Source of the DNA: a virus
Strand: one strand, 5' to 3'
DNA: 64,000 nucleotides
IMG/VR virus record: IMGVR_UViG_3300040786_000066
In this document: positions 42,651 to 56,893 of the stretch, in pieces
How positions within the stretch are numbered: the first letter of the stretch is position 1
How the letters are laid out: every line of letters starts with the position of its first letter
Notes under the pieces: model-generated
What the model was told of the DNA's origin: nothing
Seen by the model: the letters and a program-made list of their open reading frames with translations, nothing else
Databases searched by the model: none
Made by a program: the position numbers and the translations under genes

Positions 42651-43771
42651 CACTTTACAATTACTTGAAAAACTAAAATACGACGTGCTTGACATTCATT
42701 ATATCTACAGCTTTTTTTCAATAAAATGATCATAGGAGGAGTAGAAACAACATCAATGAACTCTCCTAACGGATATTGCAAACTAACTAAACTAGCTGTA
42801 GGTGGAGACAAATTCTATATAAACCAAGCTATAGAGTTTGAAGAGCAGGACTAGAATTCACTGATGTGCAATTCAGATCAAAATAATTAAACTTTAATAA
42901 CAATTAAATGAAAAATACATTACAAACCGTACTAACTATATCAAACACAGACATAGTGACAATGCTTGTAGTAAAGCAAAAGAAGAGTTAATCTTAAAAG
43001 TTCCAATTCTAAGACAACAAAAAATAGATTTATTATCAAAATACGTAGCTATTTTAGAAGCAAATTTGCAAAAAAGATGGGATGAAAATAATTCAAAAGA
43101 TGCAATACTAAGCGCTGCAAAAACAGTTGTTTCTCTTTATAACCCAGGTATAGAGTTTACTATACTTGCAGATAACACTATGCTTGAAGCTGCAACAAGA
43201 AGAGTACATAACACTTTCGGTAATAGATTAAATTATTCTGGTAATAACCTGCCTTCATATAAAACTCGTTTTCGGTAGGACCTCTTCCAATGTTATCAAC
43301 AGAGTGGGTACACGAAAAGACGAAAGATCGTTTAATGCGTTTATGTTTGCAAGTTTTTCACTTGTAGAAAAAATAAAGAGTCTGAAAAGCTTATTTCTCT
43401 AGAAAAGAAGATAACATTAAACTTGTAGAAATTGACGTAGAAATAACTAAAATCGATAGCTTTCTAAAGACGATAAGAAATTACACGACCATATCGTTGC
43501 CCAAATGACTGAAAGAGCTATTGAAAACAATCAAGAAATGAAAGTACTGCTTTCTGGAATCAAACTACTTTCTTAAATGAGCTTCGACGAGATAGAAACA
43601 ATAGTTATATTAGTACAACTTAAAATGGTTCTGCCCATCAAGTACTTACATCTAAAGAAAACAAAGAAGTAGCTTTAAGAATGATAGCTATTCAAGATGA
43701 GTCGTTGAAACTGGACAAAGAAATAATGCCAGTAGTATTCACCATTAAAAGTAACCAATAAATACGTTAAT

Positions 43772-44110
43772 ATGGATAAAATTGAACAGATTGCAAGAAT
43801 GTGCCATCAAACCAACAAAGCTTGGTGCGAGCTAAATGGAGATAATTCTCAAAAGACTGGGACGAAGCACAACAATGGCAAAGAGACAGCGCTATCAAAG
43901 GCGTAGAATTTAAACTTGACAACCCTGATGCAGGGCACGACGCGCAACACAATGCTTGGATGGCTGATAAAATAGCTGACGGCTGGGTGTATGGCGAAGA
44001 AAAGATGAGATGCTTAAGACACATCACTGTATAGTAGCGTTTGAAAACTGCCGGAATTCCAACAGAAAAAAGATGCATTATTTGTTAACATTGTAAATAC
44101 CTTAAAATAA
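43772..44110 (+). CDS. RyR-domain phage protein (indel-split)
   Basis: IARMCHQTNKAWC...GD.SQ..W...QHNAWM..KI.DGWVYG..K...K.H motif. Confidence 0.7.
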
Positions 44111-44571
44111 GATGGATTTAAGAGAAGAAATTAAAGCGTCGATCGAAAAAACTTACCTAAACAAGTAGGGGATACTTTAAGAAAACGTCTAGAGCAAGCA
44201 GATAGTTTTGAAAAGAGAATGAAGCCTTAAAAGCAGGTCTTGAGCAATCAAAACCCTTGCAGAAGTATTAAGAGGCCAAATATCTCAATTAGAAAAGCTA
44301 AAAATGGTTGTGGCAGAGTTAAACGCAAGAGAAAAGGCCCTTGAACAAAGAGAAATTGGCTTAGAAGTAACACTGCTTAAAGCAGAACTTGAGTCAGAAA
44401 AATCAAAATCTGAGTTTGGTTTCAATGTAGCACTCGGTCTTGTAAGAAACTCAGTATTTAGAAAAGCCTTATTGATAGCAAAACATTGCCTCCAATACCG
44501 GGGCAAAACGGAAACTATAATACACCTCAAAATACGTTTCAAAATTCTAATGAAACTACTACTGAAGAATA

Positions 44572-45329
44572 ATGTTAGTAGGTATAAGTGGAGACATTAA
44601 TTCCGGTAAAGATGTAGTAGGTAGGATGTTTCAATATTTGACATCAGAGTATCAAAACAAATATTCTTTCGAAAATTGGTTAGATAGAGTCGACAAGTAT
44701 AAATCAGATCCTTACAGCCCTATTGAAATCAAGAAGTTTGCTGATAAACTCAAAGACATGGTATGTGTATTACTCAGTTGTACAAGAGAAAAGTTGGAAG
44801 ACAGGGAATTCAAGAACACTCCATTAGGAGAACATTGGAGAAAATGGTATTACACAGCTGAAAGTGAAGTTTTGTAAATAATCCTACAGGAAGAAACAAG
44901 TTAGTATTTAGCTCAGAAGAAGCCTGTTTACTACATATCAGAACTAATAAATACTGGTTGTTACATTCAAAATCTGCTTACACTATACAATCTGAAATTC
45001 TTACCCCTAGGCTTCTTATGCAATTAATAGGAACCGACTGTGGAAGAGATATCATACACCCTAACATCTGGCTTAATGCTACTATGGAAAAGTATGTACC
45101 TGGCAAATCTAACTGGGTATTGACTGATACTCGATTTCCTAACGAAGGAAGTGGAATATATCAAAGAAAAGGTATTGTCCTTAGGATACAAAGACCTGAA
45201 ACAGATATCAAAGACAGAACTAATCTGCATGAGTCTGAGACGGCTTTGGATCTATTCCAGTTTACGGGTATTATTAACAATACAAAAGATCTGCCTTATT
45301 TGCTAGATCAAGTAAAAGAATACCTTTAA
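44572..45329 (+). CDS. deoxynucleoside monophosphate kinase (indel-split)
   Basis: GISG.INSGKD, FADKLK, TPR.LMQ.IGT, TD.RFPNE and HESE motifs. Confidence 0.88.
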
Positions 45330-45337
45330 TAATAAGT

Positions 45338-45366
45338 AAAGCCGGCGGTAAACACTGCCGGTTTTC
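45338..45366 (+). terminator. intrinsic terminator
   Basis: AAGCCGGCGG/CTGCCGGTTT stem after the kinase gene. Confidence 0.7.
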
Positions 45367-46790
45367 ACATAAAAACTACACCATGAAATATAAATTAAAC
45401 ATAGACACTCTGGTAATTGACGGCTATACAGGCACTGGAGATATTCAGCTTACAGAAGGAGATGACAATACTCAATAGCAATGTTTGATGATTTGCATAC
45501 TACTAAAAACATTAGGCTTCTTGGAAATTACTTAGCAAGACCAATAAGAGACCCAAAAGGACTTAATGGTGAGATGAAACGTATAATAATGCTGATGCAC
45601 CTCTCTAGAGATACTGACTGTAACGTTGATATGATATACAGCAAGGATTTCAAAAGAATTCGTACACAAACATATACGAAAGAAATATCACCTTTAAGAT
45701 ACTCCTAGGTACAAAAAACAATCAAATGAAGCTCAAAAAAGTAATTGTAAGCAACAATACTTTAGACGGTTTTGAAATCTCACTTAAAAGCCAGTTAGAG
45801 TCCGTTGACTCTATAAATAGTCAAATAAAGTCGCTAAACGCGTCAATAGAAAACACCTTTAATAAATACTAAAATGAAAGAAAAATAAAGCTTTGGTTAG
45901 TTACTATGCTGCTCTCAAAAATGGATCCTATTACAGTTGAAGACATCTACAAAAAAAGAATTAAAATAGCGCTTTCGAATTGTACAGAAATAATTTAAGT
46001 CCTCAAACAACAGACAGAGAAGTAGCAGCAATGATTTTGACGCCAAGTATACTGAAGTTCTTATAGATTTAGGCTTCAGAACTCTTAGTGGAGAAGATCC
46101 AAAACCAAGCGAGCTTTGTCAGGCTATTATCAAAAGCCAACAAAGGAGATATTTCTTTTATGAAAGGAGACTTTTATAGACACCTTGTGCAAGTAGGAGA
46201 CAATGAAGTAAGAAAGCTGCGTTACAGAATAAAAAGAAACCAATAAATTTAAAGCTATGATTAACATTAAAGAAAATGCGGTCATATGCTTAGGCTACCC
46301 TGATTACGCTTCCTTTAAGAATTCTACAGGCCTAAAATGGAGTTTAGTACTTATAATAATCACCTAAGCATCTCAAACAGTGAAGACGGTTTTATGGTAG
46401 CTACTCTAGAGGAACGTCTATGTATGTAGGTAGGCAAGCACCTGATTTCAACCCGTTTAAAAACAATAAAGAAAACGAAAAGCCCTTAAAGGAAAAGTAA
46501 GTTCTTTATTGAGACAACAAAGATCTCTAGAAGAAATCAAACAAAGGGGAATACCAAAGATAAAAGCGTTTATATCAACTTCTTTCAATGTCCCTGAAGA
46601 ATGTATAGAAACATCTGACATTGTATTTAATAAATGCTGGTCATTCACAGTAGCAAGCGTTACCTTCAACTATGAAGGAGAAATAAAAACAAAAGCTTCA
46701 ACATCCGTGAAACTTTGTACACAAGCTATAAAAATGCTTATGCAATGACCCAAGAAATAAAAAATTATTTTAACCTTAAAGAGAAAGAAT

Positions 46791-49126
46791 ATGATTCCAA
46801 ATATTAAATCATCGGAAGGTATTGGAGACGGTGTCCTGAAAAAAGTTATACATGCGGGCTCAGAGTCTATCATGTTCAGCGTGCTTCAGGAAACCCAGTA
46901 CGTATACCCGTTCAAATCATCAGTCAGAGAAATTGTATCCAACTGCCTAGATTCTGTCACTGAGAGAAACAACTCCAGAAAAATTATAAACGGAGAGCTG
47001 CTGGCCTCAGATCTGTACATTATAAAAGAAGGAACCGAGTTTTCTGGGTCCGGCTTTAACGCTGATTACTACGATCTAAATTGGCTTAGTAATAACGATA
47101 ATGTTCAGATAGTTTATGTAGATAACGATACACCTACAAGAGATAGAATCAAATTTATCGATCACGGTGTGGGGCTTGGTGGTGAAAGACTTATCAACTA
47201 CTTCTCCTTAGGATACTCTACCAAGAGACTAAGTAAAACCAGTTGGGCTCTTTCGGACTAGGCGCCAAGTCGTTGCTTGCTACAGGAGTAGATTTCTATA
47301 CTGTAACTTCTAGGTATAACGGAAGAGAGTATTCTTTCATGTGTACAAAGACCACGTAGTATCTGCAATTGCTAAGTTCGAAGACGACATAGTAAACGAA
47401 GTAGAAATTTTCTTTGAAGGCCTTGATAACGAGTATTCTGTGTACTATAGAAAACAGAAAAACTTAACGGAGTTATTATAGAAACAGAGGTAAAACGCCA
47501 TAGAAGAATGGATTTTATCAGCAGTATAGAGAACCAACTAGGGTTTATACCAAATATCGAATTGCTTATAGCAGACGGTAACATGGAATATGTATCTCCA
47601 AACAAAAGAAATATTGCAGTAAATGTGCTGTTCTCAAACGACAAATTGTTAGTTGGAGAGTCAGACTATTACGCCGTACCTCAAATTCTATTGAAGCCAG
47701 GGGACGACTCAAATATCATGATCTCGTATGGAACCATTAATTTCGAAGAGCTAGAGATGAAAAAGTACACAGGAAATGTGTCTTTCATTCTTAACATAAA
47801 CGAAGTAGATGTAACTCCTTCCAGAGAAAATGTGATTTGGAATACCAAAACTAGAGAAGCTGTAAAAGAATGTTTATCTCAGCTCAGAAAACGGTAACAG
47901 ACCTAATAGAAGATAAGATTAAGAACGAGACAAATCTTCCTGATTATCTTGCCTTACTTGCAAACTTCAAGGACAAAACACTATTTCAGGTATCAATGAG
48001 CTTTACAAGATAATTGACGTATCTCAGATAGAAAACACGTACAGAGATTTCAAAATAGGTGAGGCGGCTTTACAGATGTCAGAGCTAGATGTTAGAAAAG
48101 ATTTCATATGTACTACCACAGAAAATACAAACCAGTACGGTAGTAGAAGAATTGCCGACACTAATTATTCTAGTAATCTTTCTAAGGAGTTTGTTTCAAA
48201 GCTGAGTGTAAAAAACACAGCCTCTAATCTAACAATATACATAGGAGAGCCTAAATTAAATGGTATAGCTAGGTACATTGCAGACAAGTTTAACATCAAT
48301 GACAGGCATGTGGATATTATTTATATAAAAAAAGACATGCTGACCTAGTGCTAGAAAAGGGTTGGAAGTATACCTAGACGAATTGTATGAAGCAAAAGCT
48401 TTCCGTTCTGTACTTATTGCAGAGATAGTGAGATTTGTAACAGCTCAAGAAACAGCGCACCGCGTGCTATATCATGAAGATATAGATCTGACCAAAATGA
48501 ACAATCTTGCCAAAGTAGAAGAAGAGCAGCATAAAAACAGATACTTATCTTATGCAGAGCAACAAAAGCACAAGGAAAAGTGACGGGAATTTTCATTATA
48601 CACCCACGTCTACTACTAGAAACTACTATGATGAAGAAATCATTGACAGAGACGGTCCTTTTATCATTTACCAACTTGGAACCCAGTATGCGAAAGTATT
48701 TTCAAAACGCTGCTGACAGGTTTCCAACTGGTATCAATATTGTAGGCTTTTCACAAGAAAATTTCAAGCGCTTTTATAAGCTACCTAAAGTACGACAATT
48801 AACAGATTGTTTGTACAATGTTGCGTTTGAGATTTAAACTTTACCGACCTAGGTAAAACATGTTTACCTGAAAGTGTAAGGAAAGAAATTCAAAAGCTGT
48901 ACACTAAAGAAAAGCATCATACAAGCCTTCTTGGTACATCTTTTCACTTTTAAGTGATAAATTTAAGGATTTTAAAGTAGATAACACTATATTTGAAAAA
49001 GCTATTTTATCCAAAGAATACAGTATTAGAAATAAGCGAGATCGCTATTTAAAAGCAGAAAAACAGTGCTCCTGCGAGGAGTGCAAAACGCTATAATGGC
49101 AAACTAGAATATCAAATAACAAGTAA
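46791..49126 (+). CDS. rIIA: rIIA-like protein with N-terminal GHKL ATPase domain (multiple indels)
   Basis: Y....SSVREIVSNCLDS, FIDHGVGL and GYSTK...LG.FGLGAKS motifs; adjacent to an rIIB-like gene. Confidence 0.8.
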
Positions 49127-49157
49127 GTAATTAATTAATAAATAAACAATTAGTATT

Positions 49158-50365
49158 ATGATCACAATCAATGTAATTAAAGTAAACGAAGTAGAGTATT
49201 TAACTGGAAAAATTGGAAAAGAAGGTTACTCAGTAGAATTCTCAAAAGACCTAAGAGATGTTTTATTGGACGCTGCTAAAAGTACAGCAATTCAACTACT
49301 GTCGTAGAAGCTAACGAGGTCCTTGCAGACGCTCTAATAGCTGTAGACACTGTCAAATCAGTGAGCAACAACGCTCTTACTGAGATCCTTAAAGATGACT
49401 TAAGCTACAATCCTAAAACACATTCTTACCACATTATTAGCGATGGTAAAACAAGTGTTGAGCCAGTTCACCAATTCTTTGTCAAAAATGATTGAAGCTA
49501 GCGAAAAGGGCTTTCTCCTAAACCATGGTTAGTTTTCTGGGTACGTTTGATGAGAAACAAGCTGTACATGAAAAACAGCACTAAAGTTGAAACTTTAGTT
49601 GAGTATTTAAAAGCACAGTACCTTGATGAGGCTGCTTCAGCTAAATTAGTAGAAGAAGGGTATTCTTCTACAATGGCAAACCAATTGTCTACTTTTGATC
49701 AGATTAGCATCACAGAAGAGGGTATTCTTGCCGCATTCAAATATGTGAAATTAATTGACCAAAAATACATCGTTGAAAAGACGATAAAGGGAGCAAGTAA
49801 TCAAACGTGTGGCAATGTATGAAAGAAAATTAGAGGTTGATCCAATTACAGGAGAAGTAACTAAAGATGAACTTGAATTACCTACACACGCAGAAGACTT
49901 CACATTTGAGCCACCTATGCAAAGACAAAACAACGACCCTTTCACTTGTCAAGATATCAATGATACGACTACTGAGCCTGCAATGGCGCACGTTATTAAG
50001 ATAGGTAAAATTCACGCATTAACTGCTGGATTTGGTCAAGTAAATACTAACGACAACCAGTCTTGTGTTAAAGGCTTACACCTTGGAGGACACTATTATG
50101 TGAAATCTTACAATGGAGTTTCTTCTTACCTTGTTGATTGTCTTGTAGCTCCTGAAGATATCGGAGCTGTTTGTGATGTTAGAAGAGAAGATGGTGCTAT
50201 CAGATGTAGACGTTACATGGTAACTGGAGGTCACTTTGCTGTAAGTAAGGTATGTACCACCCATCATCTTACGCAAAAATGTTGGATGCAGAGTGGATTG
50301 AAGTAAAAGCAAAGGTAATTGCTGATTTAAATGCTGCAAAAGCTGAAATAGAAGCAAAACTCTAG
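49158..50365 (+). CDS. rIIB: rIIB-like protein (indel-split)
   Basis: RLMRN, IT.EG..AFK.V, C.KGLH.G and V.PEDI.AV...IRC.RY motifs. Confidence 0.8.
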
Positions 50366-50373
50366 TTATATTT

Positions 50374-51178
50374 GTGTACCCAATACACAAAAAACTTAAC
50401 CCATGGCTCCTACTAAACCAAAGACACTCCAGAAATACTGGAATTGATAAAAGCGCCCAGGCTGGGAATTCCCGATCTGAAGACAAACTTATATTAATTT
50501 ATGCATCTTACGTCAATTTTATGGTCAGACAATATTCCAAAAAAACAGAGATCAAAGAAGACGACGATTTACGATCGTACGTCAACCAAGGTCTCTTAGA
50601 TGGAATTAGAAAGTTCGACCCAAAACGTGGTTCTAAGTTTATCTACTTCGCCCACATATGGATGAAGAAAAATATATTTCTTGGAGAGGCGTCATACAGG
50701 TTTATTAGGATACCGGTTAATCAAAAGTATTCTACGACTCGCATGTCAAAGAACGTGCAGCAGCAGAGCTCTTGAATTCAGAGCATAGCCACAGTCACGG
50801 TCAAAAATTCATGGCGTTAGAAAATACAAAGACAGATTTTTTCACAGATTTAGTAACATTCGATGTAGAGTCTGGTTTGCAGGAGCTCCCAGAGCATCTA
50901 CTACACCAGACAAACATCAAAACCTTCAACGAAGATGAAGAGACCCTTTCGCTAGATGTATTGAAATCCAATATTCAACAAGTGTTAGCCAACTTCAATC
51001 AGAAGGAAATTTATATTATAGAGCACCTTTTGGGCTCAATGGGAGAGAGCTGTTATCTTCAGAAGAGATAGCAGCTAATCTTAAAGTTACCAAAGTAAAC
51101 ATAACATTCACAAAGACCAGAATTATCCGGATGTTAAGACACAGTTCACTTAGTAATAAAATACTTAACGGAATATAA
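50374..51178 (+). CDS. sigma-70 family RNA polymerase sigma factor (indel-split)
   Basis: Region 2 DDLRSYVNQGLLDGIRKFDPKRGSKFIYFAHIW...IRIP; region 4 KEIYIIEHL.GL...EEIAANLKVT. Confidence 0.88.
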
Positions 51179-51199
51179 ATAAACAAACCACTCAAAATT

Positions 51200-51875
51200 A
51201 TGGCTACTAAAAAAGTCACGACCGCCTCAGTAGAGGTATTTAAGGTCAAAGGAGAAACTATGAAAATAGCTTTCAATAACTTGAAACAAGAAAAGGTTTT
51301 GACAATCATCACCTAGAAATCGAAGATGACGAGTTACTAAACCAAGGCAACATTTGTAACGGAGCTATCTACAAAAAATCTAAAGATTTATATCCTGAAT
51401 ACATTAACAACAAGCTCTCTGAATACACTATCAAAGGTGCTTTGTACAATCTAAAGCCTAAACTTAAGGATGAAAGTAGATTGCTAATGCACAACATTGT
51501 AATCAAGGGAACCAAACAATGGGAAACCATAAACTCTTTCAGAACAGATAATGGAGAAACAGTTTTCGAAGATGCTAGTACTAAAGAAGATGCTATTGCA
51601 AAAGCTAGAGAACTTGCCTTAGAGAGAAATGCTACCATCAATGTTGTAGTATCAAAAGATTAGTGGGAATAGACGGAGTTATAGCTATAGCAGAGTTTAT
51701 ACCATTAGAATGTGCTGATGATACAAACATTTATGTGTTCTGGGTATTTCAAACTAAAGTAGAAGAGCAGGATGAGGATGAGCTAGCAGACGCACATACT
51801 GAAACAGATTCATACGGCCAACTTTCAATCAAAGAAGATTTGTTCGGATTTGTCGGACGTTCTTTAATATCATAA
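51200..51875 (+). CDS. hypothetical protein (indel-split)
   Basis: Joined ORFs between the sigma factor and the exonuclease. Confidence 0.5.
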
Positions 51876-51877
51876 CT

Positions 51878-52610
51878 ATGGAAAAGAAAATAACTTAGTC
51901 ATAATTGACGCTGATTCAATGATATACATCATAGGATCTGAGCTTGAGCACCTGCAACTAGAGCCTCTTGGTATCATGAAATTAGACGAGTTTATTTCAG
52001 ATATTCTTATCACTACCGGATCAAAAGATTACTTAGGATTCATAGGAGGTAAAGGAAGAAATTTCAGAAAAGATATCGCTATTACTAAGCCCTACAAAGG
52101 GACCAGGCCAGAAAACCAGAGTGGTTCGTATTTTGGCAGCCTATATTGGCCCAAAGAATGATAGAACACTGGGGATTTCAACCCTGTGACAATATTGAAG
52201 CCGACGATGCCTGCGCAATTGCCAGGGTTAAGTACGGAGACATGTACAGTAAAATTACTATAGCATCACCAGATAAGGATCTACTTCAGATTGCCGATAC
52301 TTGGTTCTATGATTATAGTAAAAGAACTACTATATTTTGTAACGAGACTGTGTCGCTTCATAAATTTTGTCATCAATTAATCACGGAGATTCTACAGACA
52401 ATATCCCAGGATGTTTCGAGCAGGAGCTGCGGCAGCTACTCTTGAAGTAAATATTATAGCCAAAGAAGGCTTAGACAAAGTCGCTGCAATCTTAAGAATA
52501 AAAGCATTCTACATAAGCTGGCATACTGTTGTCTATAAAAGAAGCAAGCTGTAAAGCAAGAAAAGAATTCTTAGAAAGCTATAAGAAAACAAATGCTATT
52601 GCCAGGTTAA
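51878..52610 (+). CDS. 5'-3' exonuclease / RNase H (FEN-like; indel-split)
   Basis: IIDADS, NFRK.IA...YKGTR, EADD, SPDKDLLQI and GDSTDNIPG motifs. Confidence 0.88.
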
Positions 52611-52893
52611 CTGCAGCTTTAAAAGCACCGCTCTTAAAGATTTTGTTGTAGACACATCTATGATAATGAGCGAAGTAGACGCTATAATTTTGTTCAAAGA
52701 GCAGTATACACTTGTCAAATTAATTGACAACGAAGAAGAAGCTGCTAAGTACAGTTTTATACTTCGAGAACCTGTAACTAATAATTCGGTCGACTGGGAT
52801 AGCATAGATATCTTCCACAATGAAATGGAGATGGTGCCTGAAGAAGAACACTTCGATTTCGAAGACGACCTTTAACCAATTAAATATGTAACA

Positions 52894-53944
52894 ATGGAGT
52901 TATTAAATCTAAGCAAATGCAAAACAAACGCGGATGTTTGTAAGCTAGTCTCAGAAAGAGTAAACTCTGTACCCTATACCGCGCTACTTTCGGAAGTAGA
53001 GAAAAGATTTATATACCAAGAACCGGCTACAAACGCTATTTACACCGGGCTTTCAGAAAACATGAACGTGTTTTAAGCGGCCCTGGCGGTTACGGTAAAA
53101 GTAACTTGATAAAATTCGTCCTTGATTTCTATAAAATTCCTTACACAGTAGTTGTAGGGTATAAAGACATGCCTGTGGACGCCTTGTTAGGTATTCCAGA
53201 TATGTCCAAATTACTTAATGAAAGCAAGTACGAAGTCAATTTCAAGGAGTCACCTTTCTATAAACCAGGGATCCTTATAGGGAAGAATTTACAGATATAT
53301 TACCTTCTACCGCAGCAGCGCTAAAGGATATACTGACCGAGAAGGGCTTCCATACAAAATCAGGAAAAGTTGAGTCATTGATCTCCTGTATGATAATTGC
53401 AGCAAATAAATCCTCCAAAGAGGTTATTGACGACGAGAGCAAGAGAGCGTTCTACGAAGAACGCTTTCCAATACAGTGCGAAGTTAACTGGGATACGCAT
53501 ACTGCACAGGATTACTTTAAACTTCTAAAGCTTTCTTTGCTGATTCTGATACGGCGTTGTTGTTTTCATGTCCAAATTGTTCGAAGACAATCATGCTAAC
53601 TTTAACAATACGCCTCCGAGAATCGCCATAGATATTACCAAAGTGTACATAAACAAGGGTATCGATTTTATAGGCAACTTTTCAATCAGCACGGCTAACA
53701 TAGCCCAAATAAAAGCTGCAGCGGCTAGGAGTATAACATCAAATCAGTATCCAAGTTGCTCAAAGAAGTTAGCTTTGTAATTTACTCAGTAAAGTCTGCT
53801 AAAGACCATAGACTAGTAGGTTTACATGCATTAAAACTACTTAACAGTATTAAGGTTACTGATGATACTATGAGTGTTGTAATGGAAGCCAAGAAGACAA
53901 TAGAAGACCAACTATCGGCCAAACCTTTTCTGATAATATGCTAA
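52894..53944 (+). CDS. MoxR-like AAA+ ATPase (indel-split)
   Basis: L.GPGGYGKS Walker A, IIAAN and ERFP motifs. Confidence 0.75.
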
Positions 53945-53977
53945 ACGACATCGATCAATTATTCAAACTAATCAACA

Positions 53978-54892
53978 ATGATTAGGAAGCATCCAAATGT
54001 AAGTGATGCCAACTTTGATATACTGATCGATATCGCCATAAAAGATGCAGAACTAACCGGGTATGTCTCAAAGACACGCTCAAGCAATTCTACAATTTGT
54101 TTTCCTGGGTTTACATCCAGGGGAACACTTATGGAGCATTCAGCAAAAACACTAAACTTGAGAAGTTTCTTTCCCGGTTTGATTTGTTTCGATTCAAGGG
54201 AGAATCAATGTGCTATTCTGCGGTATTGTTTTACCAAAAGCTAAGCAAAGTGATAAACCTTAGAGATCTGGAAACAGACCTGATACAAGGTTTAGGAACA
54301 GGCGACAATAAATTGTTTGTAAGTAATGATTTTACATATAAACAGTTGTATGATTTGTACGCAGAGAATGGAGGAGATTTGAGCACTGACTTTCTGTTAT
54401 TCAACGAGCTGTTTAAAACCAGCACAGAAAAAGAAGTCAAGAAGTTGAGCTCGTACAGTGAACTGACTAAGCTGACCAACATCACTAATTTAGTGAGACC
54501 TGACCTAGCATACAGTCTGGCCACCAACAAGCTTAACGTGAATTTTGAGAAAGAAAGCAGCAGCAAAGAAGATAAAAAATATATGTTCTTCAAGACAGCA
54601 CTTTCTCTATACAGAGATACGAAAGGGTGAAAGCTTTTATTTTAGATACCGCTTTCAAAACGACTACCAAGTAGAGTGGCTGTTTGTATCAAATAGAATA
54701 AACCACAGGGTTTCATACAATAAAGCTAACATAGCCAACATTGATATGCAATTCCATTACAGCGGAACGTTTGTAGACACGTCTTCAATACTTATAGCTG
54801 ATGAATTCATGGGGAAACAAGTCGTGATAATCACTGACGGCACCGACATGTTTGACTTTCCGTTCAACACAAAACTAAGAAGATTAGTGTAA
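53978..54892 (+). CDS. putative VWA-like partner of the AAA+ ATPase (indel-split)
   Basis: C-terminal VVIITDG motif; adjacent to the MoxR-like ATPase. Confidence 0.5.
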
Positions 54893-54936
54893 TAAGCTTT
54901 TAGACAATATTAACATCAAAGATAAAATTTCAAAAT

Positions 54937-56430
54937 ATGGAAGATTCTTTAAAATCACAACCTGATAAAGAAGGTAAAGTAAGCAAGCTCTCCTTATTTG
55001 ATATTGGAGATGAGAGTACCGGACTAAGTATAGCGGCAGTACCTGTTCATGCAAGTCTAACTGAAGAGCACTTGGTAGGACTGAACAGTGATCAAGGAAG
55101 CATGGTTATGGGAATATCTGAGTATCTAAAAGGAAAGAGCGGTAAACCTTTCTTTCTAGTTCAAGGAGGCGCTGGAACCGGTAAGTCGTTTTCGATAAAC
55201 AGAGCACTACTTGGAATAGATCCAAAACATGTTATAGCTGCTGCTCCAAGTCACTTTGCCAAAATGTGCTCCAAGATTTCCTAGGACCTAGGTACAAAGT
55301 AACTACCATTGCAGGATTGCTTGGTAAAAAAGTTACAATGATCAAGGTGACCAGATTCTGGTCAGAATAAACAAGTATGTTCCGCCGCCGATCAACTTCT
55401 ACCAAATCATACTTATAGATGAGGGGTCCATGGTGAATGATGAGACTGCAAAAGAACTTATAGGATACGTTAAAGAGGGTAATAAAGCACTAATCGTTTT
55501 AGGTGATTACTGTCAATTGCCACCTGTTAACCAGGAAACAGACTCCTATTCTTTGAAAACATTTCTTCAGAGCTTACCATACCAATGCGATTTCAAGGTC
55601 CGCTGTACTATCTCGTAAACTTAATAAGAACAGAAATCATAAAAATGCGTTCTGGGCTAGTTCCTTCGTTAAATATCATTAACATGGAAACCAATAGAGT
55701 AAGTCAACTAGATGAAACAGGTAGTGGGTACATCTTTCTTAACAACATGCCTCTGCTACTAAAAGCCGCTATCCGCCGATTCAAAAGGAAAAGGGACTGG
55801 GTATGTCAGGCTTCTGGCTTATAGAAACAAAACTATTGAAAAGCTAAACGTGCATATTAGAATAGGCTTGTATGGAGAAAACCAAAGCAGTTCGAAATAG
55901 GTGAGTTGCTCATAAATAACGGAGGATACTCTGTAGAAACTGTTACCGGCAAAGAGCAGCAGATTATCATGAACGGAGAATTGTTTAAAGTAAGATCAGC
56001 CACTCAATTATAGGCCCTTACGAGATACCTTGTGTTTCTTTGACATTCGAAGACGAAGATTTCGACGTGTCTATTATAGTAGTGGCTACTGAAGGCGAGG
56101 ATAGATACAGTAATACTCTAAAAGACTTACCGGCCTTGCAAAAGAAAACACACAGTTGTGGAGAGACGTATTTGCATTCAAAGAGTCTTTGCGTACTTCA
56201 ATTATAGCTATGCTGCATCAATACACAAAGCTCAAGGAAGTACTATAAACCATGTATTTATCATAGAAGACGACATCTTAGAAGTTAAATTAACTACTAC
56301 TAAAGAAAAGCTTCAATCTATAAATGTAGGTATATCAAGGGCTTCTTACAGAGCTTATATCTATAATAAGATATACAAGGTGGACAACTCAAACTTAGAT
56401 AAAAAATTACTTCAAATGGATGTACCATGA
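54937..56430 (+). CDS. Dda/RecD-like SF1B helicase (indel-split)
   Basis: GGAGTGKS, AAPSH, IDEGSMV, LGDYCQLPPV and YAASIHKAQGST motifs. Confidence 0.9.
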
Positions 56431-56893
56431 AAGAGGGTAGTTTAATATTCAAGCTAGAGCACCTAGATAGATATGCAATTGTAAAGAACCTTGTACGTTG
56501 ATTGTAAAAAACAACTCCAAGCTTGCAATGGATGATCTTTACACAGAAGACAACAGTCCCCGGTGGATCCTAAATCTAAAGGTTATCTCTGAGTTTAATC
56601 TTATGCTACTAAAAGAACTTAGCAAAGAAGGAGAGCGCTTAACCTACAGTGATATGGGACATCTATTAATGACTGGAGCCCTATGGGAAGATCAGATTGC
56701 AACAGACGCAGATTTACCGTCTAAAGGAGAAGAGATGATTGCTGTTTTTGGTTACGTGAGAGAAGTACTTATGTGTACTAACATCACACTTATACCCAGA
56801 AGACAGCCGGATATCTACCTTTATTCTAGTGAATCAATGGACGAGATTAATGAATTTGAACAAATTATTAAAGACATGAGAGATGAAAAATAA
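56427..56893 (+). CDS. hypothetical protein (indel-split)
   Basis: ORF between the helicase and the polymerase. Confidence 0.5.
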
